Positions 40,311 to 53,559 of a stretch of DNA of 64,000 nt are shown piece after piece (the first letter of the stretch is position 1; every line of letters begins with the position of its first letter). The stretch spans positions 352,594,001 through 352,658,000 of the forward strand of contig OZ024740.1 of NCBI GenBank assembly GCA_964016885.1. The letters run 5' to 3'. Source of the DNA: Eledone cirrhosa. Taxonomy: Eukaryota. The position numbers and the translations under genes were made by a program. The notes beneath the pieces are model-generated. The model saw nothing but the letters and a program-made list of their open reading frames with translations. It was not told the origin of the DNA and did not search any database.

Positions 40311-41283
40311 TATAAACCTAATAAATATACATACACCTTACACTTATATTTTACATATTATAATTAGTTTTTTTAATTTAGTTAACCTATAATTAGTACT
40401 TTACTACAGAGAACTTCATAATTTTATTTCCCTCTTACAGCTCTCTTTTCCTAAAATTAATACCTAAAAGTATACATATAAATTAATTTAATTTCCTGTT
40501 ATGAATCTAGATTCCTTGTAGTCGATATAAGATTGGTATTTCTCACTACTACACTTATCCCAACATTTTATTTTCCTTCGTTTTTAACAACATTCTTTAA
40601 TAACATCCAATTCTTATTTATCACATCCATATGAATTAATATAAATTTATCCCTATAAGTATACCTATCAATTAATTTAATTTCTTGTTATAGATCTAAA
40701 TTCCTTGTGTTTTAAATAAGATTGGTATTTTTCACTAATACCTTTACCCTAAAATTTTACTCTCCTTCGTTTTTAACATTATTCTTTAATAACATCAAAT
40801 TTTCGTATACCCTTCACCGGCTTGACCTCTTTTTACATCCAAAGTATTCTTTTCATTCAAAGTATTCTTTCCATTCAAAACATAAGTCTGCATTCTTCTA
40901 CCTCTGAATTAAATTTCTACTACTACTATTCTATCAACTTGACCTCTTACTACTTTTCTATTGGTCAATTCAAAACCTGTTCCCAAACAGAGCTATTATA
41001 TTAAATCTTTGTTGGTTTTTTTCAATAAACAAATCTCATTATTTCTGAAGACAGCATATATATGTGAAGGCATGTATATTTCCTCTGATAGTTTGTAATA
41101 TTTATACATAGATCTATATGATATACATACCAACACACATATATATCCTAGAAACGATCGTAAAATGATGAATTTTTTAATATAAGTAACTTGTTCTTTG
41201 TTTTTATTCATTGTTTTTATTAATTTATATATATATATATAATACAAGGACCATTTGTTAAGCCTTCATTGCGTTTATTGATT

Positions 41284-41368
41284 GGTGACGCGCGTTTCAC
41301 TATTGATCAGCTCAAGGTTCGATCTGTATCAATCTGGCGCGACTCTGGCATCGTAAGCTCGTCGGACC
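41284..41368 (-). ncRNA. Hammerhead motif with U4C core change and branched stem II
   Basis: ggt-CCGACGA-gct...agt-GAAAC-gcgc-GTC-acc. Confidence 0.6.
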
Positions 41369-41823
41369 TCTGCTGTTGTAATGACAGAATGAACATATAA
41401 ATCTCTAACGTTTCGCGTTCATATGGTGGTCAATTTATGTTGTTTTGATTGGGTGAACCTACAGTAACTTCACGTTACACTCCCTGGATATATATATATA
41501 CACCTACATACCTACCTAAAGATAGATATCTTCGGACAAGAACAACACTAACAATAACAAAGCACAAATCCCAATAGCAACCCGAAGATACATAAGTAAA
41601 ACAAACTTATCGTAATTTAGTAGTTATAAATTGGATAATAGTTAAAGAAAATATAGAAGGATATTATTATGATAGATTTAAATGAATGGGTAATTGTTAT
41701 TTCAATTTGCCAGAAATTTTTTTTTTTTTCATGTTTAAAAACAGAGAATAAATATTCTGAACTTTTAATGGAACAAAATGGAAGATTATCATTATATATT
41801 TAAATAAACAATAGTGAACTTAC

Positions 41824-41916
41824 GACGTATCGACTGGATCTGGTAGTGGATGACGTAGTATATATTTCATAACAACCAATAGCATGATATATAAGAATGA
41901 TATAACACCAATAGCA
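41824..41916 (-). CDS. SLC38A7/8-like exon 5 (AIGVISFLYIMLLVVMKYILRHPLPDPVDT)
   Basis: ttgtag|...|gtaagt, phase 2 to 2; hydrophobic TM followed by KY. Confidence 0.88.
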
Positions 41917-41954
41917 CTACAATACAAAAAAATAATAATAATTATAAAACAATA

Positions 41955-42435
41955 ATAATTGTTTCTGATTTAGGTACAGGGCCTGCAATTTGAAGGGAAG
42001 GGGGGAAAGTCGATTAAATCGACTCCAGTGCATAACTGGTGCTTTATTTTATCCACACCAGTGCATAACTGGTGCTTTATTTTATCGACTCCATAAGGAT
42101 GAAAGGCAAAGTTAACCTCGGCGGGATTTGAACTCAGAACGTAAAGGGTCGTAACTCTATGCCACAAAGCATGGTGCCGACGCTCTATCGATACAGCCAA
42201 TCACCCATCCTAACAATAACAATGATAATGATTTCTAGTATAGGTACAATTTGGGGGGAGGGGAAGGTCGATTAAATCGACCCCAGTACGCTGGTGTTTA
42301 TTTTATCCACCCCGTAAGGATGAAAGGCAAAGTTGACCTCGGCGAGAATTGAACTCAGAACGTAAAGCGAAATAACTCAATGCTGCAAAGCATGGTGTCT
42401 GACGCTCTATTGATACTTCCAATCCACCACCCTAA
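41955..42435 (-). mobile_element. Two tandem SINEs
   Basis: Conserved SINE body; internal duplication in the first copy. Confidence 0.85.
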
Positions 42436-43227
42436 CAACAATAATAATAACAATAATGGAACAATACGAGTGAAGAAAAATTAACTCTCACTCTCACTCA
42501 ACAAGACTCTTTCATTGGAATTTAGACAATATCAACTCGGTAAATACGTATATATGCAAGTATATGTTTGCGTACGTGTGTGCAGGTATAGATGTTATTG
42601 CATGTATGGATCTGTATGTTTTGAGTTATATATGTACACGTGCATATGTTTCTGTGTTTGATCTAGCAAGCTACTTTCCTTTGGCGCATTTATAAACTAT
42701 TCATGCGTGATTTGGCTAAGTAAGGCCAATCGTGAGCCGCGCACGAATATATATTACCAACTTCCGCCCAAATAAAGATTTTTCCCACTTCTTTCGATAT
42801 ACTCTCTTGCTGCTTGGACGTTGAAAGGAAAGGACATTATTATGTAACGGTGAGATCTTCACTTTGGCCTGTCGGCCTTCTTAGGCCTGACACAATACCA
42901 CATTCACTTCTTAATTCTCAACATGTTTATTCATTTGTTTGACATATCAAATCAACTTAACTCTCTCTAATTAGTTGTGAATAAAACGTAAAAATGTTAA
43001 TGAAGACTTTACGGCTAATTCCACAAACATTCGCTTCTCTCACACTTAACAAACCGTTACATTAAAACTAAACCTCTAACTGCTATACTTTAGCCTAATA
43101 AAAACCATACCTTTCCTGCTGCAATACATATTATTATTATTGTTGTTGATATTATCATTATTATAAATATTATTATTACTATCCTATTTATTATAATTAT
43201 CATTATTATAAATATTATTATTACTAA

Positions 43228-43420
43228 AGGGCGGTGGATTGGCAGTATCGGTAGAGGGTCGGACGCCATGCTTTCCAGCATAGTTACGTCCCTTTATGAT
43301 CTGAGTTCAAATCCCGCCGAGGTTGACTTTGCCTTTCATCCTTACAGGGTCGATAAAATAAAGTACCAGTAATGCACTGGGTAATTGCTGGCCTTGTGCC
43401 TAAAGTAGAAACAATTATTA
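43228..43420 (+). mobile_element. tRNA-derived SINE
   Basis: Same family. Confidence 0.85.
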
Positions 43421-43478
43421 TTACTATCCTGCTAAAGTCCGTTATTTTATTGGGATTTTGACTGGAACATTCCATCAG

Positions 43479-43509
<31 letters not shown>

Positions 43510-44190
43510 CCGCGCGAAGGTGGTTATGTACTTTCGTTCAACGGTAGGCATCTCTGATGCACAAAAACCCAGGTGGATGTTGCCACATGGTCCTAGCAGA
43601 CAAAACTCAAAGGGCGTTACACCGATGAATAACAATAGAGATGCTGAACCGTTCCAAGTAGTGGGTCTCATTTTTGCAGGTGATTAGATCCGTCATGATA
43701 GCGGTAAGTAGTGAGGTAATTCGGTGACCCAGGATGCTAGAATATTGTACTGCTATAGGTTCAATAATAACCCTATCGGAAGGCGGCTGGTATTTCAACG
43801 GCTTACGATTTTCATCTTATCGGGCAGAAAAGGATTACTCTGCTGTTGACTTTATCAGGTTATTGGTGAAGAAAGTACCGCTACATGTTGCTTCACAGAG
43901 GAAGGGTTATCCCTCCAGAACAGCAAGACTGAGATGTCATGTGCTGTTCCCTTAGTCTAACACCACTGGTTCAGGCATCGATGGGAAGTTAGCAGTGTCT
44001 AAGCCTCGCTTAATGATCTCGTTGAGAGCAGCATGCCGTGGGAAGCGACAGGTACTAAGATGGCATGACAGCGGATGAAGGTCGGAAGCATCTACCGTGG
44101 ATCCACATCATTTGTGTTGTTCGTAGATCAGGAGGCCGAGTCTCAGGGAAACACCGATACGGCAACATCCACCATCCAGCTGGGTATCAG
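43510..44190 (-). mobile_element. CRE/NeSL-like non-LTR REL-domain relic
   Basis: RHAALNEIIKRGL.TANFPSMPEP, KY...IEPIAV motifs; (TACA)n tail. Confidence 0.65.
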
Positions 44191-44566
44191 GTATGTTCCC
44201 TATATATTGCTGTACCTAAGTTATCTAAAATATATTGTTTTGCCTATGTTATCTAGTTTCTTACTTTGGAATATTCTATTGATGTTGTGTATAACTTCTC
44301 TTCTACAATGTCCACTTCAGCTAGTATAAGTAAAGAAAAATTTGTATTTGATAGCAGAGCATTACATTTTTGTTGTCAGATATCACTGGGGGGAATAAAA
44401 TAAAGTGTGTCTGTAACGGAAGCAAATAAATATCGCCTTTTAAAAAGACGTGTTAGAAGAAGAAGAAGAGACATAATGAATCATAAGATAATTGATTTTA
44501 TTTATCTGTATAGACTTTTATAAATTTAATTTAAACAGCTGTTGCATCTGCTGCTGCAACAACAAA

Positions 44567-44601
<35 letters not shown>

Positions 44602-44770
44602 AAATAAATGAAGTAAGACCCATAGTAGATAGGGAAATTAAAACATTCACAGCGGAGACAACTGATGCATTACGGAGAAATAAAACTGCAGAGACATGTA
44701 TGAAACCCCAAAAAGATAGTTTCTGCACACAACCGAAAACTAACAAGAGAAAATATAATTTGTAACTAAC

Positions 44771-44909
44771 CTGATATGTCGTAAAAAGTTAAATTGTTTG
44801 TAGAAACAAAATGGTAAGATCAGCGCTGTGGAAATGACTGTAGTAAACGTTCTGCTCAGGTACCAAGGGTTTTCATTGCAATAGAAGTCTTCACAGATGT
44901 ATACGAAAA
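44771..44909 (-). CDS. SLC38A7/8-like exon 4 (FFVYICEDFYCNENPWYLSRTFT...ILPFCFYKQFNFLRHIS)
   Basis: ttttcag|...|gttagt, phase 1 to 2; PWY..R.FT and ILP motifs. Confidence 0.9.
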
Positions 44910-44948
44910 CTGAAAAATATCGCTTGATTTTTAGGAAAATTTTTAGAG

Positions 44949-45286
44949 CAGATGTTCTGAAAGTGGGCGCTACCCCCCCCCCCCCCCCCCCGTGGGCATT
45001 GAGAAGGTCCAGGGGGCGCTGGGGTCTAAGGGGCAGTTAGGGAAGTAGAGATGATACAATAGTATATCAAATATCAAATGATATATATTTATAAATATTG
45101 TAAAATAAAATAATATAGAATATTTATTTATACATGGTATATATTATATTACTTATATATAAATTAACGATTTTATTTATTTCCAATTTGAATATAGGCA
45201 GGTCTCTCTGGAAATAGGGTTGGGGGCACTGAGGGTATTACATGGCCGTGAGGGAGACGGTGGCCCCAAAAGTTTGAGAACCTCTT
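44949..45286. mobile_element. hAT-type MITE with 8-bp TSD TTTTAGAG
   Basis: cagatgttctgaaagt / agtttgagaacctct TIRs; TSD at 44941..44948 and 45287..45294. Confidence 0.8.
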
Positions 45287-45726
45287 TTTTAGAGCATTGT
45301 GTAATAAGTGACTTTCGTTAATTTCAATACATCTTTATTCATGGACCCTTAGAATGATAAAACAGGAATAAAAGAAAGCGATGCAAATGCAATAAGGTTC
45401 GAGCCCTACCCAATTGAATTTTGATTCGATGTAGACAGCCGTTAGTTAAATTCATATTTGCTGGTCGATGGTGACGCCCGGCATTTGGCCGATGTCAAAG
45501 CGTGATGGTGAAGTAAAATTTGTTACGATTTTGAGTAAAACACTTCATATGTCAGTTACATATAATTTCAGTTACTACATTACATTTATTTATGTGTATA
45601 AAATTAGATATCCGTTTTCCGAAGAGCTTAGTTTCAATAAATAATACTTGAATGTTAATCGTAAAGTAAGAAATCACTGAAACTGGAAAGGGATTTACTC
45701 GTAAACGTCTAATAATATATACTTAC

Positions 45727-45925
45727 ATTCTTGCCACTGGTCAGCAATGACTATAAGTAGTGAGTTGGAAAGAAAAAATTCATTCAGTAAAATAGTTATA
45801 GATGTAAATAATAGACCTTTGTGGCCCCAGTAATCAAATATAACATCTTGGCAACTTTTTCTCTGTTTTTTATCCGAGGCATATGCCCAAATGAGCAATG
45901 ACATTCCTGAAGCACAACACAGACT
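45727..45925 (-). CDS. SLC38A7/8-like exon 3 (SLCCASGMSLLIWAYASDK...IVIADQWQE)
   Basis: ttcag|...|gtaagt, phase 0 to 1; resembles the SLC38A7 segment ILAYCS...TYQEVV...IIIGDQ. Confidence 0.9.
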
Positions 45926-47449
45926 CTGAAATGAAACGATGGAAAAAAAAAACAAGTAATACATATGCAAAGGGATATAATCTGACTTCATAAACAAAAA
46001 TTCAAAAACACCCTCCAATGAGGATATGTCAATATTATCTTCTTCAACAACATAAAGACAGTCATAACCATATGAAGGAACCATCATTATTCCACCCACA
46101 AACACGAATAACACTCAGATTCTTAATGGTTGCTGCAAATAATAGGTAGCACTGTCATTGAGAATCTCTTGTGGCGATCCACAGCTTTGACATCTCCAAA
46201 AACTGCATCACAAAGACAGACCTTTCTCTTCAGAGTTATAGAACACTTTAGGTGAGACCTGATGGAGTATTTCTTCCACATTCTAAGCGGTCCTATTAAT
46301 ACAAACACAAATATCCTATACCACATCCCCAAAAAAATTCTACTCAACTGACTGATCGCTCACCAACAAACTTTAAACCCACAGAAGTGCTGTCTCCCTC
46401 TCTGTCTTTTCTACCGCTATTACAGTAACTTTTGCTCCTAAAACCTGACTGCTGTCATGCCCCCTCCACTCAGGATCTCCCAACTCGCTCGTCTCTCCTT
46501 CTCTTCTCAGTCACATTGTGTCCAAGACCCCAATCTCCCGTATTAACCACTACGCTCAGTTCTTTCTCCAACGAACGTCAACCATCTAGAATTCCTATAC
46601 AAGTTTCTTACGCAGCTGTTGACTTGCAACTATTCAACAAGGGATTTGACCACAAAAGGCGTGCGAACCTCATAGGTGCTGCGTTTTCAACCAAGTCGAA
46701 CAAATTTAGTCTGGCTCTCTATGTTTTCTGTTAACTCCTCAAGTAAGAACTAAAATCCTTGGTTTAACAACATATCTAAAACCAAAAATCAGCATTTACT
46801 GTTTCTATATAGTGGTACCAAATATATTTACATTAACCAGTCACTACACACTAACTATTAGCTATTCTCTCTCAACAAAAATGAAATAGTCTTCTTTCTT
46901 GCCTGCTTGCTACAGCAAGAAATTGTAGAAATATTTCTATAGATCAATAAACACTAGTAGAAAATATTTCATGTGGATATTTTCTATTTATCTCTAAAAT
47001 ATTGTAATTTACAAATTCTATTCAGAGTGATACATACAAATACTTTGCAGGCAGACAAAACGCTATATCGACGTTAAGAAATAGCAAAAACTGTCCCTAA
47101 CTCTTTCTACTTGTAAAATCTATGATGATCAAGAATATGCTTCACTGGTAAAATTTAGTGAAACCGAAATTTGTGTGCAGTGACATAAATACATCTAGGA
47201 GCACATCTACGCAACCTATTAATAAGCAAGCTATCCATATTATGCATCTCTGAGGCAACAATTTCTCGCCCTTTCTCTATAGTCTATCCCTGATGTCCAA
47301 ACTGAGCTCTCTTGTATGGTAGTGTCTACATACATGTATATTCCATCCTTTCTTTCTCTGTCCCCCTCCTCCCTCTGTTACTTGTATCTCTCGACTGGAT
47401 ATAAACAACAAATATTTCCAGTTACATTCACAACTTCCCTAAATACACC

Positions 47450-48100
47450 TTCCTTTAATACTCTGTGAACTCCTAAAATCTACCACAACTCTTTGATAAT
47501 ATCTCATCTTCCACCGAGGACATCTATCTCATTCCACTCTTCTCTGAAATCATCGTTCTTGGTAACTTCAATGTTCACAATGCTTCTTAAATGTTGCCCA
47601 CCTCTACGCTGATGCTGCCAGAGTAAAATTCTAAACTTCACCATGTACATGCATCTCTGAAAAATACACAGACAGATACATGAGCGTCGCTGCACCTACC
47701 AGATTGTTTGATCACTGCTTTATCTCGGTTAGCGATCATACATATCCCCATTACACAACACGCCCACCCCTTAAATCATCTGTCACTTCAAGACAGTTAA
47801 ATTGGTCGAAGTTCACCTCCACTGCTTTATTTCTTACAATGCTTCACCCCTAACCCTTTTCTCATATGCAAAACCTCATCTTTTCGAAGTATCTCTCCAA
47901 ATTGCTCCCACATCCAAGACATATAACCTGTAGTAACACTAACAAAGAACACTGCCTAGAATGTCTGGAAAGCAATCACCGATATTTATCCACTTGACCA
48001 CTTTTACTTTCTATCTCAATCTTTGTAAGGTCATCATCCCGAAACTTAAAAGATCCCATCGTGCATTGTACAATCTACAACGTCCTTCAATTTCCTAAGT
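47450..48100 (+). mobile_element. Decayed CR1/Jockey-like APE endonuclease fragment
   Basis: EIIVLGNFNVHN (GDFN-like motif). Confidence 0.45.
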
Positions 48101-48559
48101 GCAGCTATTTATTTTGATTTATTTTCAAAAGAAGCTCAACCAATTTGTGGGTTTTTTCACGCCATCTCATCTTAACTATGATAGCGCTATAACTAACTGT
48201 TCAAAATGATCAACCAACCACTTCAGTCTCGGAAGGCTTACAACTGCAATGCGTGCAACCCTGTCCTACAAAGAAAACTATTTAAAAAAAAGTAGTAGTA
48301 TTGCTTTTTGTAAATACTGCTGACGTTAACTTATAGGGATGTAAAAGTAGACATAGAAACGCCTATTATGAAGGGAATAAAGTGTAAATTGAATAATAAA
48401 CTATATAGAGTAGTTCATTTGATACTTAAGTATCGAAACGCTGGAGCGACTCAATTTACAGAAAACACATTGTTTTAGGCCTATAGATTTCAGCATATTG
48501 ATTATGACGATGAGTGCTGGTAAAATTAACGTACAAGTGACTGAGCATTCCCTAGACAT

Positions 48560-48780
48560 ATGCCCCTTTAACATAGTTCTCAATGAGATTGTACGTGACA
48601 CAATTTGTGACAAGTATGGCCCTTTGAATTACAGACACAACTCATTTTTGCCAGCTGAGTAAATTTGAGCAATGAGAAATAAAGTGTCTTGCCCAACGAC
48701 ACAATGCGTCGATGAGAACCGAACTCACAAACTTACGATCCTGAGCCGAGCACCTTAACAACTAAGCCACACGCCTTCAC
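48560..48780 (-). mobile_element. Second SINE family (tRNA head with CORE-like domain)
   Basis: gtggcttagttgttaagg A-box, gagttcggttctc B-box, tgtgtcgttgggcaagacacttt. Confidence 0.7.
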
Positions 48781-48838
48781 ATTTCAGCATAGACTATAAT
48801 GATAAATGAATAAACAACAAAATTGCACATATACTTAC

Positions 48839-48960
48839 TAAATGGATGACGACAGCTGTTGCCAAATGACCAGACTCTTGATAAGCTTTAGGGAGATTAA
48901 CGATGCCGGACCCTACAGCTGTGTTGGCTAACAGCAAAGCAGTCGTATACCAACTAGATC
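48839..48960 (-). CDS. SLC38A7/8-like exon 2 (GSSWYTTALLLANTAVGSGIVNLPKAYQESG...; TM1)
   Basis: cag|...|gtaagt boundaries; Aa_trans TM1 motif N-x-x-x-G-x-G-x-x-x-x-P. Confidence 0.9.
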
Positions 48961-49059
48961 CTGGGTTAAAACGGAGTCAATTAAATGATATTAGTCCGAT
49001 GGAATCCATTTCAAATAAGCAGGAAACTATATGTTAATATGTTATGTTTAATAACAGAA

Positions 49060-49783
49060 TCTGGAGAGCGACGGACAACATGCTTTGCGGCATAGAGTTA
49101 TGGTTCTTTACGTTCTGAGTTCAAACTCTGCCGAGGTTAGCTTTGCCTTTCATCCTTAAGGGGTTGATAAAATAAAGTACCAGTAACGCACTGGGGTCGA
49201 TTTAACCGACATTCGCCTCTCTCAAAATTGTCGGCCTTGTGTCTAAATCATAAACCATTATTATTACTGGCGCCATAGAGTTACGGCCTTTATGATCTGA
49301 GTTCAAATCCCGCCGAGGTTAACTTTGCCTTTCATCTTTACGGCGTCGATAAAATAAAGTACCAGTAATGCACTGGTATAATTGCTGGCCTTGTGCCAAA
49401 TGTAGAAACAATTATTAATTATGATGTCTTATAATACTGTATAATCAACTAAATTATCATTAAGAAACACTAGATATCTTGAAGCAAAGAAGATATCGAA
49501 ATATATTAAATGACATAATTGTTTCTACTTTAGGCACAAGGCCAGCAATTACTCAGTGCATTACTGGTACTTTATTTTATCGACCCCGTAAGGATGAAAG
49601 GCAAAGTCAACCTCGGCGGAATTTGAACTCAGATCGTAAAGGGACGTAACTATGCTGGAAAGCATGGCGTCCGACCCTCTACCGATACTGCCAATCCACC
49701 GCCCTATATTAAATGACATAATTGTTTCTACTTTAGGCACAAGGCCAGCAATTATCCAGTGCATTACTGGTACTTTATTTTAT
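49060..49783. mobile_element. SINE cluster: two plus copies (49060..49418) and minus copies (49517..49783)
   Basis: Conserved SINE body in both orientations. Confidence 0.85.
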
Positions 49784-50149
49784 TAAATGACATAATGAAA
49801 TTTAATTATATAAGCAAATATTTAAGAAAATGATAATTAATCTCTTGATTTATTTATCGTATGAATAATTTAGTTTATGAATTCATAAAATTAATCAAAT
49901 TATTATAATTTATGTCGATTGTTATAGATCAATCAAATAATATTTAATGATTGCACACTTTCAAATCTTTTTATTTAGAACGATTTTTTTTACCTGGGCT
50001 GTGTTTATGTCGACTTTACTAAATCCAATGAGGCAACCACATGGCAGAACGAAATGAGATGAAAATAAGCAGGAAGAATGTGTTCTAAATACACAGTAAT
50101 TTTGGGATTAAATAGAGAAACACTTTTTTTTTTAATGAAATTTGCAACC

Positions 50150-51560
50150 AGAGATGATATTTCGTAGATCTCTTGACTTATATGGTGTAAGCTTAAGTTG
50201 TTCTTTGAACAGAATTATCTTGATCACATATATGGCCTTAGCCATCAAACGAGCCTTATAGTAAGCTGCTGAGACCAAGAAGAAATAGAAAAGGGGGAGT
50301 TTATGAACTCGGTGTAGTATTCTCGACGATGATCTCCAGAAAGTAGTACAGTCAGTAGCTATTCAATCATCTCCTCCCTCTTTTGTTTGAAAAAATCTCC
50401 CACGGGCTCATCATCGTCCAGGATAGTTTGATAATGAGACTTATCTATAGAGTCCAAACGTTCTTGAAATGTTTTGAACAGTAGGAGACCGGAACGAGAT
50501 GATAGGTAAAAGATCTCAAAGACTTTCTTCAAAATCAGTTCAAGAATGTGATAGCGGCAAGCTAGCCTCAAGATGAATTTCTTTTTTCAGAGCTGCTTCA
50601 ATTTTGATATTGGTTCCTTGGTGCATGCCGGTGTTTCGGGCAGTGGTGTTAAAGGACATAGTAATTATTCTATCCTTAATATTGAGTTGTTAAATTTCCT
50701 TCAAAACGACTTCAGCGACGTGTTGTCCAGTTCCATCCCTTGCAATCGGAACACCTCAGAGTTACTCCTTTCCTTTTGATGAAACAAAAACTGAAATCCG
50801 ATCTTGGAGTGTGCTGGATCGGAAAGCCTATGGAAATAATTTTCCATCGGAAAGCCTATGGAAATAATTTTCCATCCCAGTGGAGGACTAGCCGGGATCT
50901 GTCTTCAAGTGAAAAAGCGGATAACTCGATCTCCTAAGCCATCTTCTCACAGTGACTGGTTCTTGTTCGATAAACAGTTGAGGGGAAAATCGAGAGTTGA
51001 GACACATCATGACCAAGATTCTTTGCAACTGCGATGTAAGAAGTACTTGCTTGTCATACCGATAGTTTCTCCCGTTCCTACGTGGCAGCAAGAGTGGCAT
51101 TAATAGTGGGGATTTCCGGGGCAGTGCTGACTTGAAAATATCATCATCATTATCACCATTAATAGCTGAGCTGGACGATGAACTTTCAAGAGCTACTTTC
51201 TCAGACTTCTTCTTCGTTCTGCTTTCTCTTTCTTATTTTTATACCCTAAATCTCCATTTCCTTCTTCTGAATGGCTCTCACATGTTCTGCTTCAACACCA
51301 ACGATTAATGAAGACATCCGATTCTTCTCGCTGTGTCTCACAGAAAGCTTTGTCTTCAGATGGGATATCCTTTCGTTCGAGAACATCCTAGCTTGCAATG
51401 TCAAAAATTTCCTCAAGATCACCTTTTCAAATCTCACGTTTTGCAATTACTTTGTCAGTCATTCTTGACTTTTCTTTTTTCAGTCCTTGATGCTCATTAT
51501 ACAATTTATCGATTGAAGTGCGGATGGGTTTTTTTCTCCCCGTTTTGGTAGGGATATTTG
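50150..51560 (-). mobile_element. Decayed hAT-superfamily transposase
   Basis: MSFNTTARNTG.H.G and LACRYHILEL (CxxH) motifs; many stops. Confidence 0.65.
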
Positions 51561-52616
51561 CTTTCCCCAACACTTCCTATCTGCTGGCTGGTGGTTTTTA
51601 TGGCAACTGAAATTGTTTCCGTGATGGTACAGAAAACACAAGGGCACTTGTGGTGACGGTGGTGGTTTTCATGATGATGGTGGTGTAGTTGTAGGTGATA
51701 GTAGGGGTGTTGTATATGATTGTGGAGGTAATGTAGGCGATGGTGATGGTGAAATAATAATTGTATTGGCAGTGGTTGTGTTATGATGGTAGTGTTGGTA
51801 ATAGTGATATAATGCTAGGAGTGGTCGTAGTATTACAATGGTAGTCGTAGTGGTGTAGTCGGTAGTGGCGGTGTTGGTAGTGGTGTAGTCGGTAGTGGTG
51901 GTGGTGTAAACGAACCTGGCTACACTCAACAATTGTTGAAGTAATTTCTTTTTTCATTTTTTTGGCATAGCATTCAAAAAGCACCAAATTGTGTAACCCC
52001 TAACTATATCCGTATCTTCTCGTATTTTCACCTGTGTAGCTTTTATGTAAAATGAATTCAGGGCGCGCAATTGACATGAGGTTATTCCAACAAAAACATT
52101 TCCCCATAATTATGAAAGCAACTAAAATAGCGATGACGTCGTTGTCGGAAACCTATGATAAAACCTAGGGTATTTAGGCCAAGCTCCTATTTTCAGTAGT
52201 CTCAATCTCTCTTATTCTGTTCCTTCTCAGATATTGGACAAAAAACATTCACCCAAAGTTAGTAAATCTGCCAAAGATTAAGGCGATATTTTTTCCTAAG
52301 CCACATTCCTGTGCACGCGTATTCAGTCACCCTCACAAATTCCACTACATTTATGCACATCAACCAAATACAAGCTTTTATGCGTATAACTATTCTTTGA
52401 TATTTCAAACTTTTAACTATTCCTTTTGCGTTATTATTTGCCACATGATTTCGTTGCATTCCATAGCAGAAATAAAAAAAAAACATCTCAATTAAAAGTT
52501 TTGTTTCCTTGTTGATCTGTCTCAATGATTTTGGGTCCTTATCATTTTCCCCGTTGCAATCGCTAGTTACAATTAATCATATCACAGCTACATCAGTATC
52601 TGTGTAGTGTAAGAAT

Positions 52617-52657
52617 ATTATATAAGTATTTCATGATTATTGTCGTTCATCAGTAAT
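52617..52657 (-). ncRNA. Decayed minimal hammerhead
   Basis: atta-CTGATGA-acga caataa tcat-GAAAT-actt-ATA-taat. Confidence 0.55.
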
Positions 52658-52794
52658 GCTAAATTACTACGGCATACTGGTGTGTTTAAGTTTAAAACTT
52701 CATATAGATTTTGTAAATAAATCATTTGTATGGTGAAGAATTTACATATCGTGCAAGATCAACAGATTAATTGTAACTAGCAAGAGCACTAATG

Positions 52795-52911
<117 letters not shown>

Positions 52912-53559
52912 TGCCTGTGTGTGTGTCAGACCTGCCAACCTCTAAATACCCGACAAAAAAAGTGCCCCAAAACGGGAAGAAATGAGGCAAAATGGGGAGA
53001 TTTTACATAATGAAAGCTATATCCATTTTCACAAGAAAAGACATCTCTCACCCACCCCAAAATGGGTGGGAGATCTCCCCGTCCGACGAGGAGAATTGAC
53101 AGGTCTGGTGTGTGTGTGTGTGTGTCTTTTTATATGTTTACGTGTGTGTCTGTGTTTATGTCCTGTAACAGTGATTACTGGCATCGATATGATAGACAAG
53201 CTCAGAGCGGTGCTCCAGTATGGCATCTGTTAAATGACTGAAACCAATAAAAGAACGAATGAACATTGAAATAAAAACACACAAAAAAACACACAAAAAT
53301 AAAAGTTACAAACTTGGTCTAAATTAATAGGGAAGTAAACTGTTAGAGAAATGAATAAATATATGAATGTACAGATAATTAAGTCGATAAATAACTGGAT
53401 AAATAATTAAATAAAAGATAGAAGTTAAGGAATAAACAAATAAATGAATAAATAAATAAATAAATGAATAAAAAAAAATAAATAAACAAATAAATAAATA
53501 AATGAATAAATAAATAAAAGAACGACAACATTAACAACAAGAGCAACAGAAGCACCACC

